Shown piece by piece: positions 30,207 through 40,607 of a stretch of 64,000 bases of DNA. The position numbers and the translations under genes are program-made. Source of the stretch: a virus; IMG/VR virus record IMGVR_UViG_3300007734_000758; one strand, 5' to 3'. The first letter of the stretch is position 1, and every line of letters starts with the position of its first letter. The notes under the pieces were generated by a model, which saw nothing but the letters and a program-made list of their open reading frames with translations, was not told the DNA's origin and ran no database searches.

Positions 30207-31160
30207 TTATTTATTATAAATATATTGTAGTGCTTTATTGTAGACTGATTGATATGAGTATATATCGTTCACCGTATCGAATGCTCGTTGGATTACTTCA
30301 ATACGTTTGTTGTAATCAGCCAAGTACAAATTAATATAATATTCCAATTGATCGAAATCATTCGTGGCCGTCTCGGGCCAAAGTATCGAGTGTGAATCGT
30401 TTAACCCGCCCACATGTATTACACCTAACGCTGCACATTGCATTGCCTGCTGTCCTGGAAATATCATTGTCGGGTCTAGATTAAAATGAAATGTGGCCGG
30501 TGTCCACACGTTTAAAAAATCAGCCCATCGCGGTTCTAATTTACTTATAAACGGAATATTGTATTTTTTACTTATATATTCTGTAAATTGTAATGTCTTG
30601 CCGGTCCGAGAATGATTGTGCGATACGTTATATGAAAATATCATTTCATCCCTACTCTCGCTATAATAATTCGCATATAAAAAATCGATATTAACTGGTT
30701 GCGGTAAAAAATTTACATCTACCTTACAATCTGCCAATTCGGGCATAAAATGTTTAACCTTAGCATCGCTAATACAGGTAAATACATGATCACATTCATT
30801 ATAAACCTGTAACCGATGTTTTGCGAATGGTTGCCAGTTCCAGGTCTCTTTCAGTACGGCTACGATTTTCGCTCTCGGATATGCTTTACGTAGATCACTA
30901 ATTTTATATTTTTCATAATTAGATTCAATCGCCACGAATATCAATTCTAAATCAATATCAGGCAATACTTCCCACTCTGACCAATTTATAAAACATCCGT
31001 TAAAAACAAACGGATAACCCCAAAACCCAATAAAACATTCATTTCTCACCGAGTGGTGAAAATCGTACGGTTCTAAATCATTTTTTAATTTATACGCTTT
31101 ACCATCACGTACAGTATACGACTGTACTTTACATCTATCTACTATCAGTGCAAATTTCAT
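30207..31160 (-). CDS. putative glycosyltransferase (GT-B-like)
   Basis: PGQQAMQCAALGV, similar to 16888; island context. Confidence 0.5.
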   Translation of the reverse strand: MKFALIVDRCKVQSYTVRDGKAYKLKNDLEPYDFHHSVRNECFIGFWGYPFVFNGCFINWSEWEVLPDIDLELIFVAIESNYEKYKISDLRKAYPRAKIVAVLKETWNWQPFAKHRLQVYNECDHVFTCISDAKVKHFMPELADCKVDVNFLPQPVNIDFLYANYYSESRDEMIFSYNVSHNHSRTGKTLQFTEYISKKYNIPFISKLEPRWADFLNVWTPATFHFNLDPTMIFPGQQAMQCAALGVIHVGGLNDSHSILWPETATNDFDQLEYYINLYLADYNKRIEVIQRAFDTVNDIYSYQSVYNKALQYIYNK

Positions 31161-32443
31161 TGGAATTTTTTGGTTATCGTATCGATATATTCAAAAACAG
31201 CCGGTGTATAATGCGGTGCTGCACCTACAAAGAAAACTCTATCTAAAACTTTATTTGCTTCGGGATATTCGTTAGCATCAGCTAAAAAACTATAACCGGA
31301 ATGTAATAATATATTACCAGCAAAATAGTTTCTGGTCTGTATCTTATTATCTTCTAAGAACTGTACTAAACGATGCTTGAGGCCAGGTTCTTCACATATA
31401 AAAGGAGTACCAAACCAACTAACATCGGCACCGGGCAATTGCTTCACTGTCCGAATTCCTGGAATATTCTTAGTGAATATATCAGCAATAGTTTGTTTTG
31501 AAACTTTGCGTCTTTCTTCTATCTCTGCAAATTTAGATAATTGAACCAATCCGATAGCACCCTGTAAGTCTAACGGTTTTAAATTATATCCCATGTTAGA
31601 GAATACATACTTGTGATCAATAACGTTATCGTAAGACTCTAACCACTTATCGAAACGATTACCACACGTGCCACACGCTAAAAGATTTGCAGGACCTACA
31701 CAATAACAATCTCTTCCCCACCAAGTTAAACTAGTAAATAATTTTTTCAAGTCTTCAATATCAGTACATACCATACCACCCTCACCGGTAGATATATGAT
31801 GTGCTGGATAGAAAGAATTCGAGTATGCAATACAATACTCCGTTAAATACTTTCCGTTCCATTTAGATCCTAAACTGTCACAATTGTCACCAATTAATTT
31901 CAAATCATACTTAGTACAGATATCTAACAATCTATCCATATCGGGTGGGTTGCCTAATACCGGGGACAGGAAAATTGCTTTAGTTTTATTGGTTATTTTC
32001 TTCTCTAATAAATCCAAATCAAAGTTTAAGGTTTCCCATTCAATATCAACAAATACCGGCTTGAGCCTACATTGATATAATACTGATATAGTAGTTGCGA
32101 ATCCTACGGGTGATACGATAATTTCCGTATCATCGTCCCACTGCAAATATTTTTTTAATCCGGCAATCAAAACTAAATTAGCCGAACTGCCAGAATTTAC
32201 CATCTGCGCATACTTCGAATTAAAATGTTTAGCAAATGCGCGTTCAAAATGATACACACTCTCCCCAGCAGTAATCCACTTACCATTTAAAAATGTATCA
32301 ATAGCAGCTTCAATTTCCTTAGAATCCCAATATGGTCCGGAATAATAAATTGGTGTCTTGCCCGGTAAGAACTCCTTAGAGTTGTAGATATAGGGGGCAA
32401 CGTGATTTCCCACTAAACTACCAATATCTTGTTTTAAAATCAT
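31157..32443 (-). CDS. rfbH: CDP-4-keto-6-deoxyglucose 3-dehydrase (E1, RfbH/DdhC-like)
   Basis: NSGSSAN, SFYPAHHISTGEGG (His replaces the PLP Lys), GRDCYC..CG iron-sulfur motif, DHKY, GYNLK. Confidence 0.88.
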   Translation of the reverse strand: MILKQDIGSLVGNHVAPYIYNSKEFLPGKTPIYYSGPYWDSKEIEAAIDTFLNGKWITAGESVYHFERAFAKHFNSKYAQMVNSGSSANLVLIAGLKKYLQWDDDTEIIVSPVGFATTISVLYQCRLKPVFVDIEWETLNFDLDLLEKKITNKTKAIFLSPVLGNPPDMDRLLDICTKYDLKLIGDNCDSLGSKWNGKYLTEYCIAYSNSFYPAHHISTGEGGMVCTDIEDLKKLFTSLTWWGRDCYCVGPANLLACGTCGNRFDKWLESYDNVIDHKYVFSNMGYNLKPLDLQGAIGLVQLSKFAEIEERRKVSKQTIADIFTKNIPGIRTVKQLPGADVSWFGTPFICEEPGLKHRLVQFLEDNKIQTRNYFAGNILLHSGYSFLADANEYPEANKVLDRVFFVGAAPHYTPAVFEYIDTITKKFQ

Positions 32444-33465
32444 AAAATTATAGAATCTAGGTTAGAAAATAATGTATGTAAGTAAATTGCTAGATTTTCA
32501 TGCTCCATAGTACCCAATATTCGGTTCTTTGCATTCTCAACAATATGAGAATAATAGTTGTAATTTCCTAATACAGACTCTATCTTTTCTTGCAAATCAC
32601 TAAAATCATGCTTACATGAAATATATGTCTGTCCAGCTATATAGATATTAGGAATAGTCTCGATGTGGCTCATATCCGGCTTAATTAGAATATTACCGAA
32701 CATCATCGCTTCCATATCCCTAGGGGCCATTTCGCCGAAACCGTACGGGGCAAATATTATTTTAGAATTAAACATTCGATTGTAATACTCTCCAATTGAA
32801 ACGCGTTCACCATTAATTAACTTTGCTACATTAATGTTATTCATTCCATCAATAACATCTATTCCGCGTTTTCTAAAATTGTCATAATGTATACTTTGCA
32901 ACTGTCCGTGTTCATATATTTCGGGAGAGGGATACTGGAACATTGCAGAAACATCATACGTCTTTTCCCTGCGATAATCATACCATCTAGGCCGTATCCC
33001 AGCCCAATGCGTGGATAACCAATTGGTACCAGATAACACTATTCTATCCGAATACTCATCGAAATCATCTAATTTATAATCTCCCGGACCCCAATAATAT
33101 CTCCCTAATACCAATCCCTGTTTATATAGGCTACGGTCTGCATATAAACTATTCTTCAACAAAAGTAACGCATTCGATTGTTTGAAGACTTCATAAGAAC
33201 CGAGAAGTGATGCCGAATCCTGACCATCGAGCAACATGTAATCACCACTAATTTTGGAGAGAAACTCTAGCCCATCATTAATAGACTGTTCTAAAGAAAC
33301 CTTCTTATTCAAGAAACTTGCCTGTGCAACCCAAGCGAAGTCATATGAATCGCCAGTCGTAAATTCTATTCCGACTTCACGCAATACATTCTGAGCAGCT
33401 ATATACGGCCGAAATGCACACTCGTTGCGGTGTTTGTCTAATTCGTATAATTTAATTTTGATCAT
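32440..33465 (-). CDS. putative glycosyltransferase
   Basis: SK...APYGFGE...RD.EA...G..LIKPDM. Confidence 0.6.
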   Translation of the reverse strand: MIKIKLYELDKHRNECAFRPYIAAQNVLREVGIEFTTGDSYDFAWVAQASFLNKKVSLEQSINDGLEFLSKISGDYMLLDGQDSASLLGSYEVFKQSNALLLLKNSLYADRSLYKQGLVLGRYYWGPGDYKLDDFDEYSDRIVLSGTNWLSTHWAGIRPRWYDYRREKTYDVSAMFQYPSPEIYEHGQLQSIHYDNFRKRGIDVIDGMNNINVAKLINGERVSIGEYYNRMFNSKIIFAPYGFGEMAPRDMEAMMFGNILIKPDMSHIETIPNIYIAGQTYISCKHDFSDLQEKIESVLGNYNYYSHIVENAKNRILGTMEHENLAIYLHTLFSNLDSIIL

Positions 33466-34129
33466 AACGCCGCAAAAATTCTTCGTGTGATATTAAATTG
33501 AGCAATTCTATTCTATTGGAATCTAAAAAATCATATTCAAGTTCTGTGTATGTGGTAGGTAATGATATCAGTTCTTGACTTCCCCTCCGTATAATGCCTA
33601 CACCGTGATCGGTATTCACAACTTCCATACTATAACCGATTAACTCACTACGTAACTGTAACCATGCCTTCCAACAGTCGCCGTTCCAAGCGCCAACAAC
33701 GCCTCGTTTTCTTTGGGTAATTTCCCACATGGGATTCATATCATGACAAACGATAGTTCCGCCTTCTACCAAATGATTCAATGCATTACAAATATCTTTA
33801 TATACTTGATAATCGTAATGAAGACCATCAATGAAGATAATATCATACTTAATACCGTGCCCACGTATTAGATCGAAAAACGCATCGGATGTTATTGGGT
33901 AATTTACTTCTGGTGGATTTTTTATTTCCTTGCCCGGATCTACACCATCTTTATGGGCAGCAATCACATTACGTATACACGTACCATCATTAACGCCGAT
34001 TTCTAAATAATTAACATAATTGAATTTGCGAATTAAATGATTAATTATATCATAACGCAATAATGGCCACGGACCCCGAGTCAGTTTCCATTCATTATAT
34101 TCTAGTATCTGTTGTTCTTCGGATTTCAT
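33452..34129 (-). CDS. class I SAM methyltransferase (Methyltransf_24-like)
   Basis: YLEIG, GVDP, DIIFIDGLH, HD, WNGDCWK. Confidence 0.8.
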   Translation of the reverse strand: MKSEEQQILEYNEWKLTRGPWPLLRYDIINHLIRKFNYVNYLEIGVNDGTCIRNVIAAHKDGVDPGKEIKNPPEVNYPITSDAFFDLIRGHGIKYDIIFIDGLHYDYQVYKDICNALNHLVEGGTIVCHDMNPMWEITQRKRGVVGAWNGDCWKAWLQLRSELIGYSMEVVNTDHGVGIIRRGSQELISLPTTYTELEYDFLDSNRIELLNLISHEEFLRRYDQN

Positions 34130-34132
34130 TTG

Positions 34133-34966
34133 TTAGTTACTTACGGCACGACCCTTCATACTATTCCAATCCTGTTCAGGTCTCACTTCCAAATTGGTCT
34201 TCCAACCGGCTTCTAAAGTATTCATGGGAGTACCTAATTTTTTACCTAATGAAATCAAAGCATTGACATCTTTCGGAAAACAAGTACCACCATATCCTAA
34301 TTTACCATCCGGACCCGGTACGTGCAAGTGTGAATCACCAATTCTACCATCAGCAGCGAATCCTGCTAATGCAGTTGGCCAATTGGCACCCAGTGCGTCT
34401 GATAAACGTTTAAATTCATTCATAATAGATACTTTTGTGGCGAAGAAAGTATTATTCATGTATTTTATAAGTTCGGCAGTAACCGCATCCGTATGAATAA
34501 AGTTTCGTTTCATAAAACGCTGAGTGAATAGATCTTCTACACGCTCTGTGAGATCCGGATCTCCTCCGAATACTATACGTGCTTGAGTCATCATGTCTAA
34601 CTTAGCAGTACGTTCAGTTAAAAATTCCGGACTGAATACTATTTTTAAGTCAGGATATTTGTCTTGTAAATAGTCGGTAGTACCCGGCAAAATAGTCGAT
34701 TTAATAATATAGATAGGCCCAGGTACTGCAGTTTCAAAAACCGTTTCAATATATGAAGAGTCCTGTTCGCCGTTGCTTTTCATTGGCGTGGGTACACATA
34801 CGAAAACAAAATCAGATTCATGTACTTCTGATAAAGTATTTAATGACCGTAATGGATTGATGTCATATACACGAACATCAGCCGTTGGACTGAAAGCGAA
34901 TGCTAATGATTCACCCACAAACCCATTTCCTATAATACCTACCTTATAACGTTTCATAATAGTCAT
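34133..34966 (-). CDS. UDP-glucose/GDP-mannose dehydrogenase family, lacking the C-terminal domain
   Basis: GNGFVG, CVPTP, KST..PG, PEFL, KY..N, GYGGTCFPKD. Confidence 0.85.
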   Translation of the reverse strand: MTIMKRYKVGIIGNGFVGESLAFAFSPTADVRVYDINPLRSLNTLSEVHESDFVFVCVPTPMKSNGEQDSSYIETVFETAVPGPIYIIKSTILPGTTDYLQDKYPDLKIVFSPEFLTERTAKLDMMTQARIVFGGDPDLTERVEDLFTQRFMKRNFIHTDAVTAELIKYMNNTFFATKVSIMNEFKRLSDALGANWPTALAGFAADGRIGDSHLHVPGPDGKLGYGGTCFPKDVNALISLGKKLGTPMNTLEAGWKTNLEVRPEQDWNSMKGRAVSN

Positions 34967-35654
34967 TTTGTTTTTCCTGTCTTTCTATTGTCTTTGGATG
35001 ATATAAACAGAATTCTTCACTTGGAGGAAGCATCGTATACTTCTTGAACCCGGTTATACGTTCATGTACTCTTCCATCCCACCTAATATAAGAAATATTT
35101 TTGTATATTCTAGACTGACTGTCCGGAAAGTTTACCCAACCGCGTTCGTTAACAAACCAGTCCCACTTCTGTACATGCGCATCCGTTAATCCGGATACTG
35201 TATTGATTCTAGGAATCATATATAAATCTACATCTGGGTTGGATTGCAGGATTGCAGGTAAATTTTCTATTAGTGTTGGGTTGGGATATTCGTCTGCATC
35301 GATTTGAAAAATATAATCGCCTGTACACATACTGTTCAATATATTCTTCCAATCAGCAAAATCATGATCGAAAACATCCTCACGCAAAACTATCCGGCCA
35401 GCTTCTTCACATCGAATAAGATAATTCTCTAACTCAGGAGAAGCCTTCGGTTTGTCTAAGAGTACGCAGATTTCATCAGTACCACGCTTGTGCGTGTGCA
35501 ATAAATCAATCAATCGTACTGCCTCCTGTAATTCATTACATACAGTAATTGCATACGATATCTTTATATTATTTTTCTGTTTCATATAACCAATCGTAGA
35601 ATCTAGCAAATGCATCTGGGAACTGTTCAGGGGTAAATACTTCTGATTTTTCAA
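34944..35654 (-). CDS. glycosyltransferase family 2
   Basis: ISYAITVCNE, IDADE, PD.Q.R, VHE. Confidence 0.85.
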   Translation of the reverse strand: MKNQKYLPLNSSQMHLLDSTIGYMKQKNNIKISYAITVCNELQEAVRLIDLLHTHKRGTDEICVLLDKPKASPELENYLIRCEEAGRIVLREDVFDHDFADWKNILNSMCTGDYIFQIDADEYPNPTLIENLPAILQSNPDVDLYMIPRINTVSGLTDAHVQKWDWFVNERGWVNFPDSQSRIYKNISYIRWDGRVHERITGFKKYTMLPPSEEFCLYHPKTIERQEKQNDYYETL

Positions 35655-36051
35655 AATCTAAAATTCGATCGTAGAATACGCCTTCCTTTCCCGGTACCGG
35701 ATACTTAACTCGCTCTTCCTCACTAAGCTCTTTAACAGGCGTTAGCATCCAGCCCCACTCCTGTAAGGATCCGGCAGGGTAGAATATTAATTTCTGTGTC
35801 GATATTGATAGCGGATACCACACGCTGCCAGCAGAGTCCTTATGCTTAAGGTCACGCATCAGCGATGTTACGCTAGAATCGAACCTATTTAGCTCCTCAG
35901 AACCCTCAACCCAGGAAGTATGGTTAGTGTAACCGGACTCCATACAGAGACGATGTTCCATTCCGTTGTTCGGATCGGCTTCACACAATACACACTTGTT
36001 ACCTGTTATTGGTGATACCTCATCGTATTCATTACTTAATCTATCAAACAT
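35569..36051 (-). CDS. hypothetical protein
   Basis: Coupled ORF. Confidence 0.7.
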   Translation of the reverse strand: MFDRLSNEYDEVSPITGNKCVLCEADPNNGMEHRLCMESGYTNHTSWVEGSEELNRFDSSVTSLMRDLKHKDSAGSVWYPLSISTQKLIFYPAGSLQEWGWMLTPVKELSEEERVKYPVPGKEGVFYDRILDFEKSEVFTPEQFPDAFARFYDWLYETEK

Positions 36052-37366
36052 TTTCTATCTTTTTTAATTTAGGTAATTCAATCTTTTTAGGTTGTTCTAC
36101 CTTCTTTAGTGAAGGTAATTGTAATTGAACACGTTGTGGAATTCGGCTTCCTACTGTATCAATAATTCGTTTCACTTCAGCATTCATTCGTTCCATAGTG
36201 AAGTTAGCTAATGCATACTGTTTCTGCTTCTGTGCTTTATCCAAATACGAATCATAATTAAAATACATATGTTTCATCATACCAGAAGCATACGGGTAAT
36301 TCACTACAAACCATTTGGAATTTTCTAGAATCCATTGATTGATTGCACTCTTACTAACCGGTTTCAATTCTCCCGGGAGTAATGTTACAAAATTCTTACT
36401 TAGGAAATCTTTGTGGCCTGACCAATCCGGAGCCATGATAGGTTTTCCTACCATTGAAAATTCTAAGAACGGCCTACCAAATCCCTCACCATGTGTGAAT
36501 GAAACCATTGCTTTAATCTTAGGATGGTTGTACAGTGAATTCATTTCAGTATCACTTAAATCACCATGCAGTAGATAAACATTCGGTGAGTCTGAATAAC
36601 TATCCATAATAAATGTTATCTTTCGCATAATATCTTCTCGGTCGATAATTGAGAAGGTCGCTCCGCTAGTTTTCAACAGTAATGCCGGCCTAGATTCTTT
36701 AGGTTCATTCTTAAATGTTTCAATAAAAGTCTTTACCAGCATACCTAAATCTTTCCTATCAGCACCTAACTCTCCCTGTAACCAATGGCCTACTGATAGG
36801 AATACGAACTTTTCCGGTATTGAATCAATTTCAGCTGCTACATCCTTATTCAATTCAGCACGGGTAATAGATTTGTAGATATCAACATCACATCCCTCAA
36901 ACAAGACTGTCATCGGAACATTCACTTTCAATTTATCTATTACCTGCTTGGTATTGTTGTCTACCTTATCGTATGATACATTATCAAATACTAGTTTTGA
37001 ATGTTCAGAAGTAACAATGACTTCATTCATCCTATTCATACCTTCAATCCATTCAGGAGAACATACGTCCGTCTCAATACCAGCCGTAATACCGATATTA
37101 TAATTTCCCAATGCCTGAAACTCATTTGGAATAGAAAGCTGAATAAAGATATCCGGTTTCGGTACTTCACCGAAAATAATTCTACGTTTAATCTCTGCAT
37201 ACTTAGGATCATCCAATCCGGTCATCGGAGTATTGCCCCATGGCAACGATATAAACTTTACATCGTAATCCGCCAATTCTAAAAGTGCTAGAGCAATTTC
37301 GCGTGCATGTGCACCGTATCCCGACCTAGTACTTACCGGCGATTGTAAATAAATAGTTTTCTTCAT
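36044..37366 (-). CDS. glycosyltransferase family 4
   Basis: SGYG, RK, GEGFGRP.LE, WSGH.DF. Confidence 0.88.
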   Translation of the reverse strand: MKKTIYLQSPVSTRSGYGAHAREIALALLELADYDVKFISLPWGNTPMTGLDDPKYAEIKRRIIFGEVPKPDIFIQLSIPNEFQALGNYNIGITAGIETDVCSPEWIEGMNRMNEVIVTSEHSKLVFDNVSYDKVDNNTKQVIDKLKVNVPMTVLFEGCDVDIYKSITRAELNKDVAAEIDSIPEKFVFLSVGHWLQGELGADRKDLGMLVKTFIETFKNEPKESRPALLLKTSGATFSIIDREDIMRKITFIMDSYSDSPNVYLLHGDLSDTEMNSLYNHPKIKAMVSFTHGEGFGRPFLEFSMVGKPIMAPDWSGHKDFLSKNFVTLLPGELKPVSKSAINQWILENSKWFVVNYPYASGMMKHMYFNYDSYLDKAQKQKQYALANFTMERMNAEVKRIIDTVGSRIPQRVQLQLPSLKKVEQPKKIELPKLKKIENV

Positions 37367-38820
37367 ATAACAATTCCATTATTTTTGATAGGTGTAGACT
37401 TGCTTGCCTTATATACAGCAAAGCGTTTTCTAGGAGTCCAATTGGCAAAACAGTTTTCAATGTTTAATTTAAAACGATTACACATCTCAAACGATGACAT
37501 ACCACTCTCTTCACTAACGACCCAATTTCTTCCTGCTAATCCTGCCAAATGTCTTTCATCCGGACTCATATCATACCAATATTTTATTGCATCAGCAACA
37601 TCTGTGAATGAAACTCGGTCATCAAATATATAGGGAGTCTCCGGTGATCCCTGCAAACTACGATTAGAAGGAAATACCGGCTTAGCCCAAATACCATGCT
37701 TCTTATATTTACCCGTGTGGTTGGTTGAGAACTCAGTATCGAATTCGATCCAGTTTCCATTCTCATCCTCGAAACGACATTGGTCTTGTAATCCACCAGT
37801 AACATTATTGATGATAGGAGTACCTGCCATCAGTGACTCTGCACCAGATAAGCCGAAGCCTTCATTACTAGCAATATTAAGCGTCACATCTGCCAGGTTA
37901 TAGTAATAATTCATAGCGTGTGGCGGTACCGGCTTGTCACTAAAAATGATTTTATAATCAGGACAGATAGCACGCTGTACTGCCAATAAATCAGTACCAT
38001 TTCCATCTACCGGCTGGGTGTGCATAAACAATGCAACCCTTGAAGCCTGTTCTGTAGTTAGCTTATCGCAGAATGATTTGTATGCTAATATTACATCCCC
38101 AGGCTGTTTACGTCGTATATTTCTATTGTTCCAGAAAACTACAAAATCAACATTATTTTTAATCTTAACTTCGAACACAGTCTTCTGATACTCTTCCCAT
38201 TGTGGGTGGGTTTCATCGATCGGGAAGAATTGCTTCTCGTTAATCCCATGTGGTACATATTGAATGGCCCAATCCGGCTTAGGATTTTTACGCACTACGT
38301 TCTTAACAATGTTATTGGTTTGTTTAGAGATATTCAATAACATATCACATGATTCATAGAAATTTTCATTCCAGAAGGGATACGGAACATCATCCCAAAT
38401 ATTATAATAGATAATCGGAATCTGCTGTCGTAATTCATGTTCCATGTGGAAAAACCATACCCAATACCTAGGATCTGTGAAGATGATAATTGCATCGGGT
38501 TTTTCTAAATAAATCAATTCACGAACTAATGCTTCATTTCCATATCCATCGTTCGGATAGATTTTAATGTTAGCGTTGGTAATACCACGTTCTTTGTTTA
38601 CTGCTTCTGATATATCAAACACTTTTCCTTTATCAGGATGGTTGATTGCTGCACCTACCTGTACCCAATCAAACCAATGCGCAGTACCTGTAACAAATTC
38701 ACGTGACATAGTAGCGATGCCGCTATGTAAACGTAAATCATCGGATAGTAGTAATATTTTTTTCTTTTTCGGCGTATTCGGATCAACTTTCCGAAGTTTC
38801 GGTAATTGTAACTGTTGCAT
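37363..38820 (-). CDS. glycosyltransferase family 4
   Basis: PHG, RNIRRK, NEGFGLS..ES...GTP, TGGL. Confidence 0.88.
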   Translation of the reverse strand: MQQLQLPKLRKVDPNTPKKKKILLLSDDLRLHSGIATMSREFVTGTAHWFDWVQVGAAINHPDKGKVFDISEAVNKERGITNANIKIYPNDGYGNEALVRELIYLEKPDAIIIFTDPRYWVWFFHMEHELRQQIPIIYYNIWDDVPYPFWNENFYESCDMLLNISKQTNNIVKNVVRKNPKPDWAIQYVPHGINEKQFFPIDETHPQWEEYQKTVFEVKIKNNVDFVVFWNNRNIRRKQPGDVILAYKSFCDKLTTEQASRVALFMHTQPVDGNGTDLLAVQRAICPDYKIIFSDKPVPPHAMNYYYNLADVTLNIASNEGFGLSGAESLMAGTPIINNVTGGLQDQCRFEDENGNWIEFDTEFSTNHTGKYKKHGIWAKPVFPSNRSLQGSPETPYIFDDRVSFTDVADAIKYWYDMSPDERHLAGLAGRNWVVSEESGMSSFEMCNRFKLNIENCFANWTPRKRFAVYKASKSTPIKNNGIVI

Positions 38821-38837
38821 AAAACTATATAACCTTT

Positions 38838-39041
38838 TTAATAATTATCGACATTCTTATCTTTTTTGCGGAAAATCCATAGATCTATAGGAAAAAAGAT
38901 AAGTGCTCCCACGAAGTTAAAGCATATAGTAGACCATAAATAACTGAGATGAAGAATGTCTACAAATAAGTATAGCATCGGAACTGTGATTATAGTTCCC
39001 AATTGCCACTTTGCTGCATAAAGTAAAAATTTTCGAATCAT
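38838..39041 (-). CDS. GtrA-like small membrane protein
   Basis: KFLLY...two TM segments...F...WIF pattern of a GtrA half-domain. Confidence 0.5.
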   Translation of the reverse strand: MIRKFLLYAAKWQLGTIITVPMLYLFVDILHLSYLWSTICFNFVGALIFFPIDLWIFRKKDKNVDNY

Positions 39042-39211
39042 TGCTTTTCAACCCTTAAGGCCCATACCAATGCAATAACCCAACCGATAAAGGTCCAACC
39101 TAAGAAAAGGTTAAGAACGAATACCTGTGTGCCGAATGATTTTTCATATGCAACAAACGATGGTAGGAAATAGATTGCTACCAATACAAGAAATAATAAT
39201 AATGATCCCAT
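39038..39211 (-). CDS. imm: superinfection immunity protein, T4 Imm family (not in ORF track)
   Basis: Manual translation ...IYFLPSFVA...NLFLGWTFIGWVIALVWAL; 57 aa. Confidence 0.85.
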   Translation of the reverse strand: MGSLLLFLVLVAIYFLPSFVAYEKSFGTQVFVLNLFLGWTFIGWVIALVWALRVEKQ

Positions 39212-39228
39212 AGTATGAATATAAATAA

Positions 39229-39630
39229 TTAGTTAACAATAACAAAGGATTTTCCTCTCTTTTTCATCCTACCAATAGGAATATTATAAAAGGAAACATC
39301 CTCTCCAGGATTGGAGAATATAATAAGTTTTTCTACTGCTGTGGCTAACAATAGATACCTATGTAAATAGTGACTTCCATGACGCGGTTTACTATAATAG
39401 TTTTCCGGCATTGCTGAGTAAAGATTGTATGGAGTAAATGCAGGATTAAATTCCATATAATTAATACCAAACTGTAGAGCAAATTTTTTAACGATTGGCT
39501 CTACACCTAATTTACTACCTCCCGATACAATCACCAACTCAGAATCAAATGAGTCTCGAAGTATCATTAGGAATTCCTTTACCTTCGATGCATTAGTATA
39601 GTTCAGTGAACCTATCATTCCGATCTTCAT
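39229..39630 (-). CDS. SLOG/DprA-like protein; likely start MKIGMIGS
   Basis: IGMIGS, IVSGG..GV...A. Confidence 0.6.
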   Translation of the reverse strand: MKIGMIGSLNYTNASKVKEFLMILRDSFDSELVIVSGGSKLGVEPIVKKFALQFGINYMEFNPAFTPYNLYSAMPENYYSKPRHGSHYLHRYLLLATAVEKLIIFSNPGEDVSFYNIPIGRMKKRGKSFVIVN

Positions 39631-40571
39631 GATAATAAAACTTTTATACGGCTCTTTGCCGGACACAAATCTGGCTTGTCCTTAAATTCACAATACTTAC
39701 AATTTACATTTGCAGGACCTGCAATTGCGGGATATTCCCTATCTACATTGTAACTGCCATCTGGACTGAAACAATCAGCAACAAACTGTTCAATCGATTT
39801 TACTAATTTCTTTCTAGTAACGGACCCGGATGCCGGAGTAAATTCCTGTACTCGTTTCTGAGGAAAGACAGATTCCTGTAATATTTTACGTTTAACGATA
39901 AAGAATTCAATCTCAACTTTATCTGGATTCAAATTCCATTGACGACTGAAATACTCTTTATACAGAACTAACTGAGAAGTTTTTGTCTTATCCTTCTTAG
40001 CATTATCCTTCCAACCCATATAACTAGTCTTGATGTCGTAGATAGTATATGTATCTGAGTTTTCATTATAGATAACTAAATCCATAAATCCAATCAAACG
40101 AACCTTAGGATAGTCTTCACGGACACGGATATTTAATGGCATCTCAATACCAATCAGTTTATATCCTTTGCTAGGAAAGTATGCAGAACGCTTCTTCGTT
40201 ATATGTTCTAGTATCGCAACACCGTCTTCATAATATTCGGCTAACTCTGCAGGACTGGAATAATGTTGACCGAATTTATCCATTTCCTCTTTGTAGATTC
40301 GCATCATATTGGTCTGCAATAGGTTTGGCAGATTCATTTGTGATGCTAACTTGATACTCTTATTGAATACAGTATCTAACCATGTCTGTAACGTTTCATG
40401 GAAGGCAGATCCAAATGTCAAATTGATATTCGGCTCAGAAACCTTATGTTTCTTTACATAGCACAATTCCCATTGTTTCGGACAACGGGAATACATTGCG
40501 TATTGCGAGTATGATATTCTAGCCACGCCTTCTTCTATTTGTGTGGTATTAACGTCGAATATGGTCTTCAT
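39627..40571 (-). CDS. PD-(D/E)xK RecB/Cas4-like exonuclease
   Basis: SYSQ..CP, G.AFHE, E, GFMD, DIKT, QL.LY, CKYCEF....C. Confidence 0.85.
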   Translation of the reverse strand: MKTIFDVNTTQIEEGVARISYSQYAMYSRCPKQWELCYVKKHKVSEPNINLTFGSAFHETLQTWLDTVFNKSIKLASQMNLPNLLQTNMMRIYKEEMDKFGQHYSSPAELAEYYEDGVAILEHITKKRSAYFPSKGYKLIGIEMPLNIRVREDYPKVRLIGFMDLVIYNENSDTYTIYDIKTSYMGWKDNAKKDKTKTSQLVLYKEYFSRQWNLNPDKVEIEFFIVKRKILQESVFPQKRVQEFTPASGSVTRKKLVKSIEQFVADCFSPDGSYNVDREYPAIAGPANVNCKYCEFKDKPDLCPAKSRIKVLLS

Positions 40572-40607
40572 TCTATTAAGATATAGAATTAAATTGTAAT
40601 AACCAAA

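Noticed and set aside
34133-34966. Short UDP-glucose dehydrogenase as a pseudogene
   Set aside because: The catalytic GGxCFPKD and NAD motifs are intact, and the ORF ends cleanly next to its neighbour with no remnant of the missing domain.
13970-38820. Bacterial O-antigen locus or host contamination
   Set aside because: No flippase, polymerase or chain-length genes; seamless and co-oriented with the phage replication genes.
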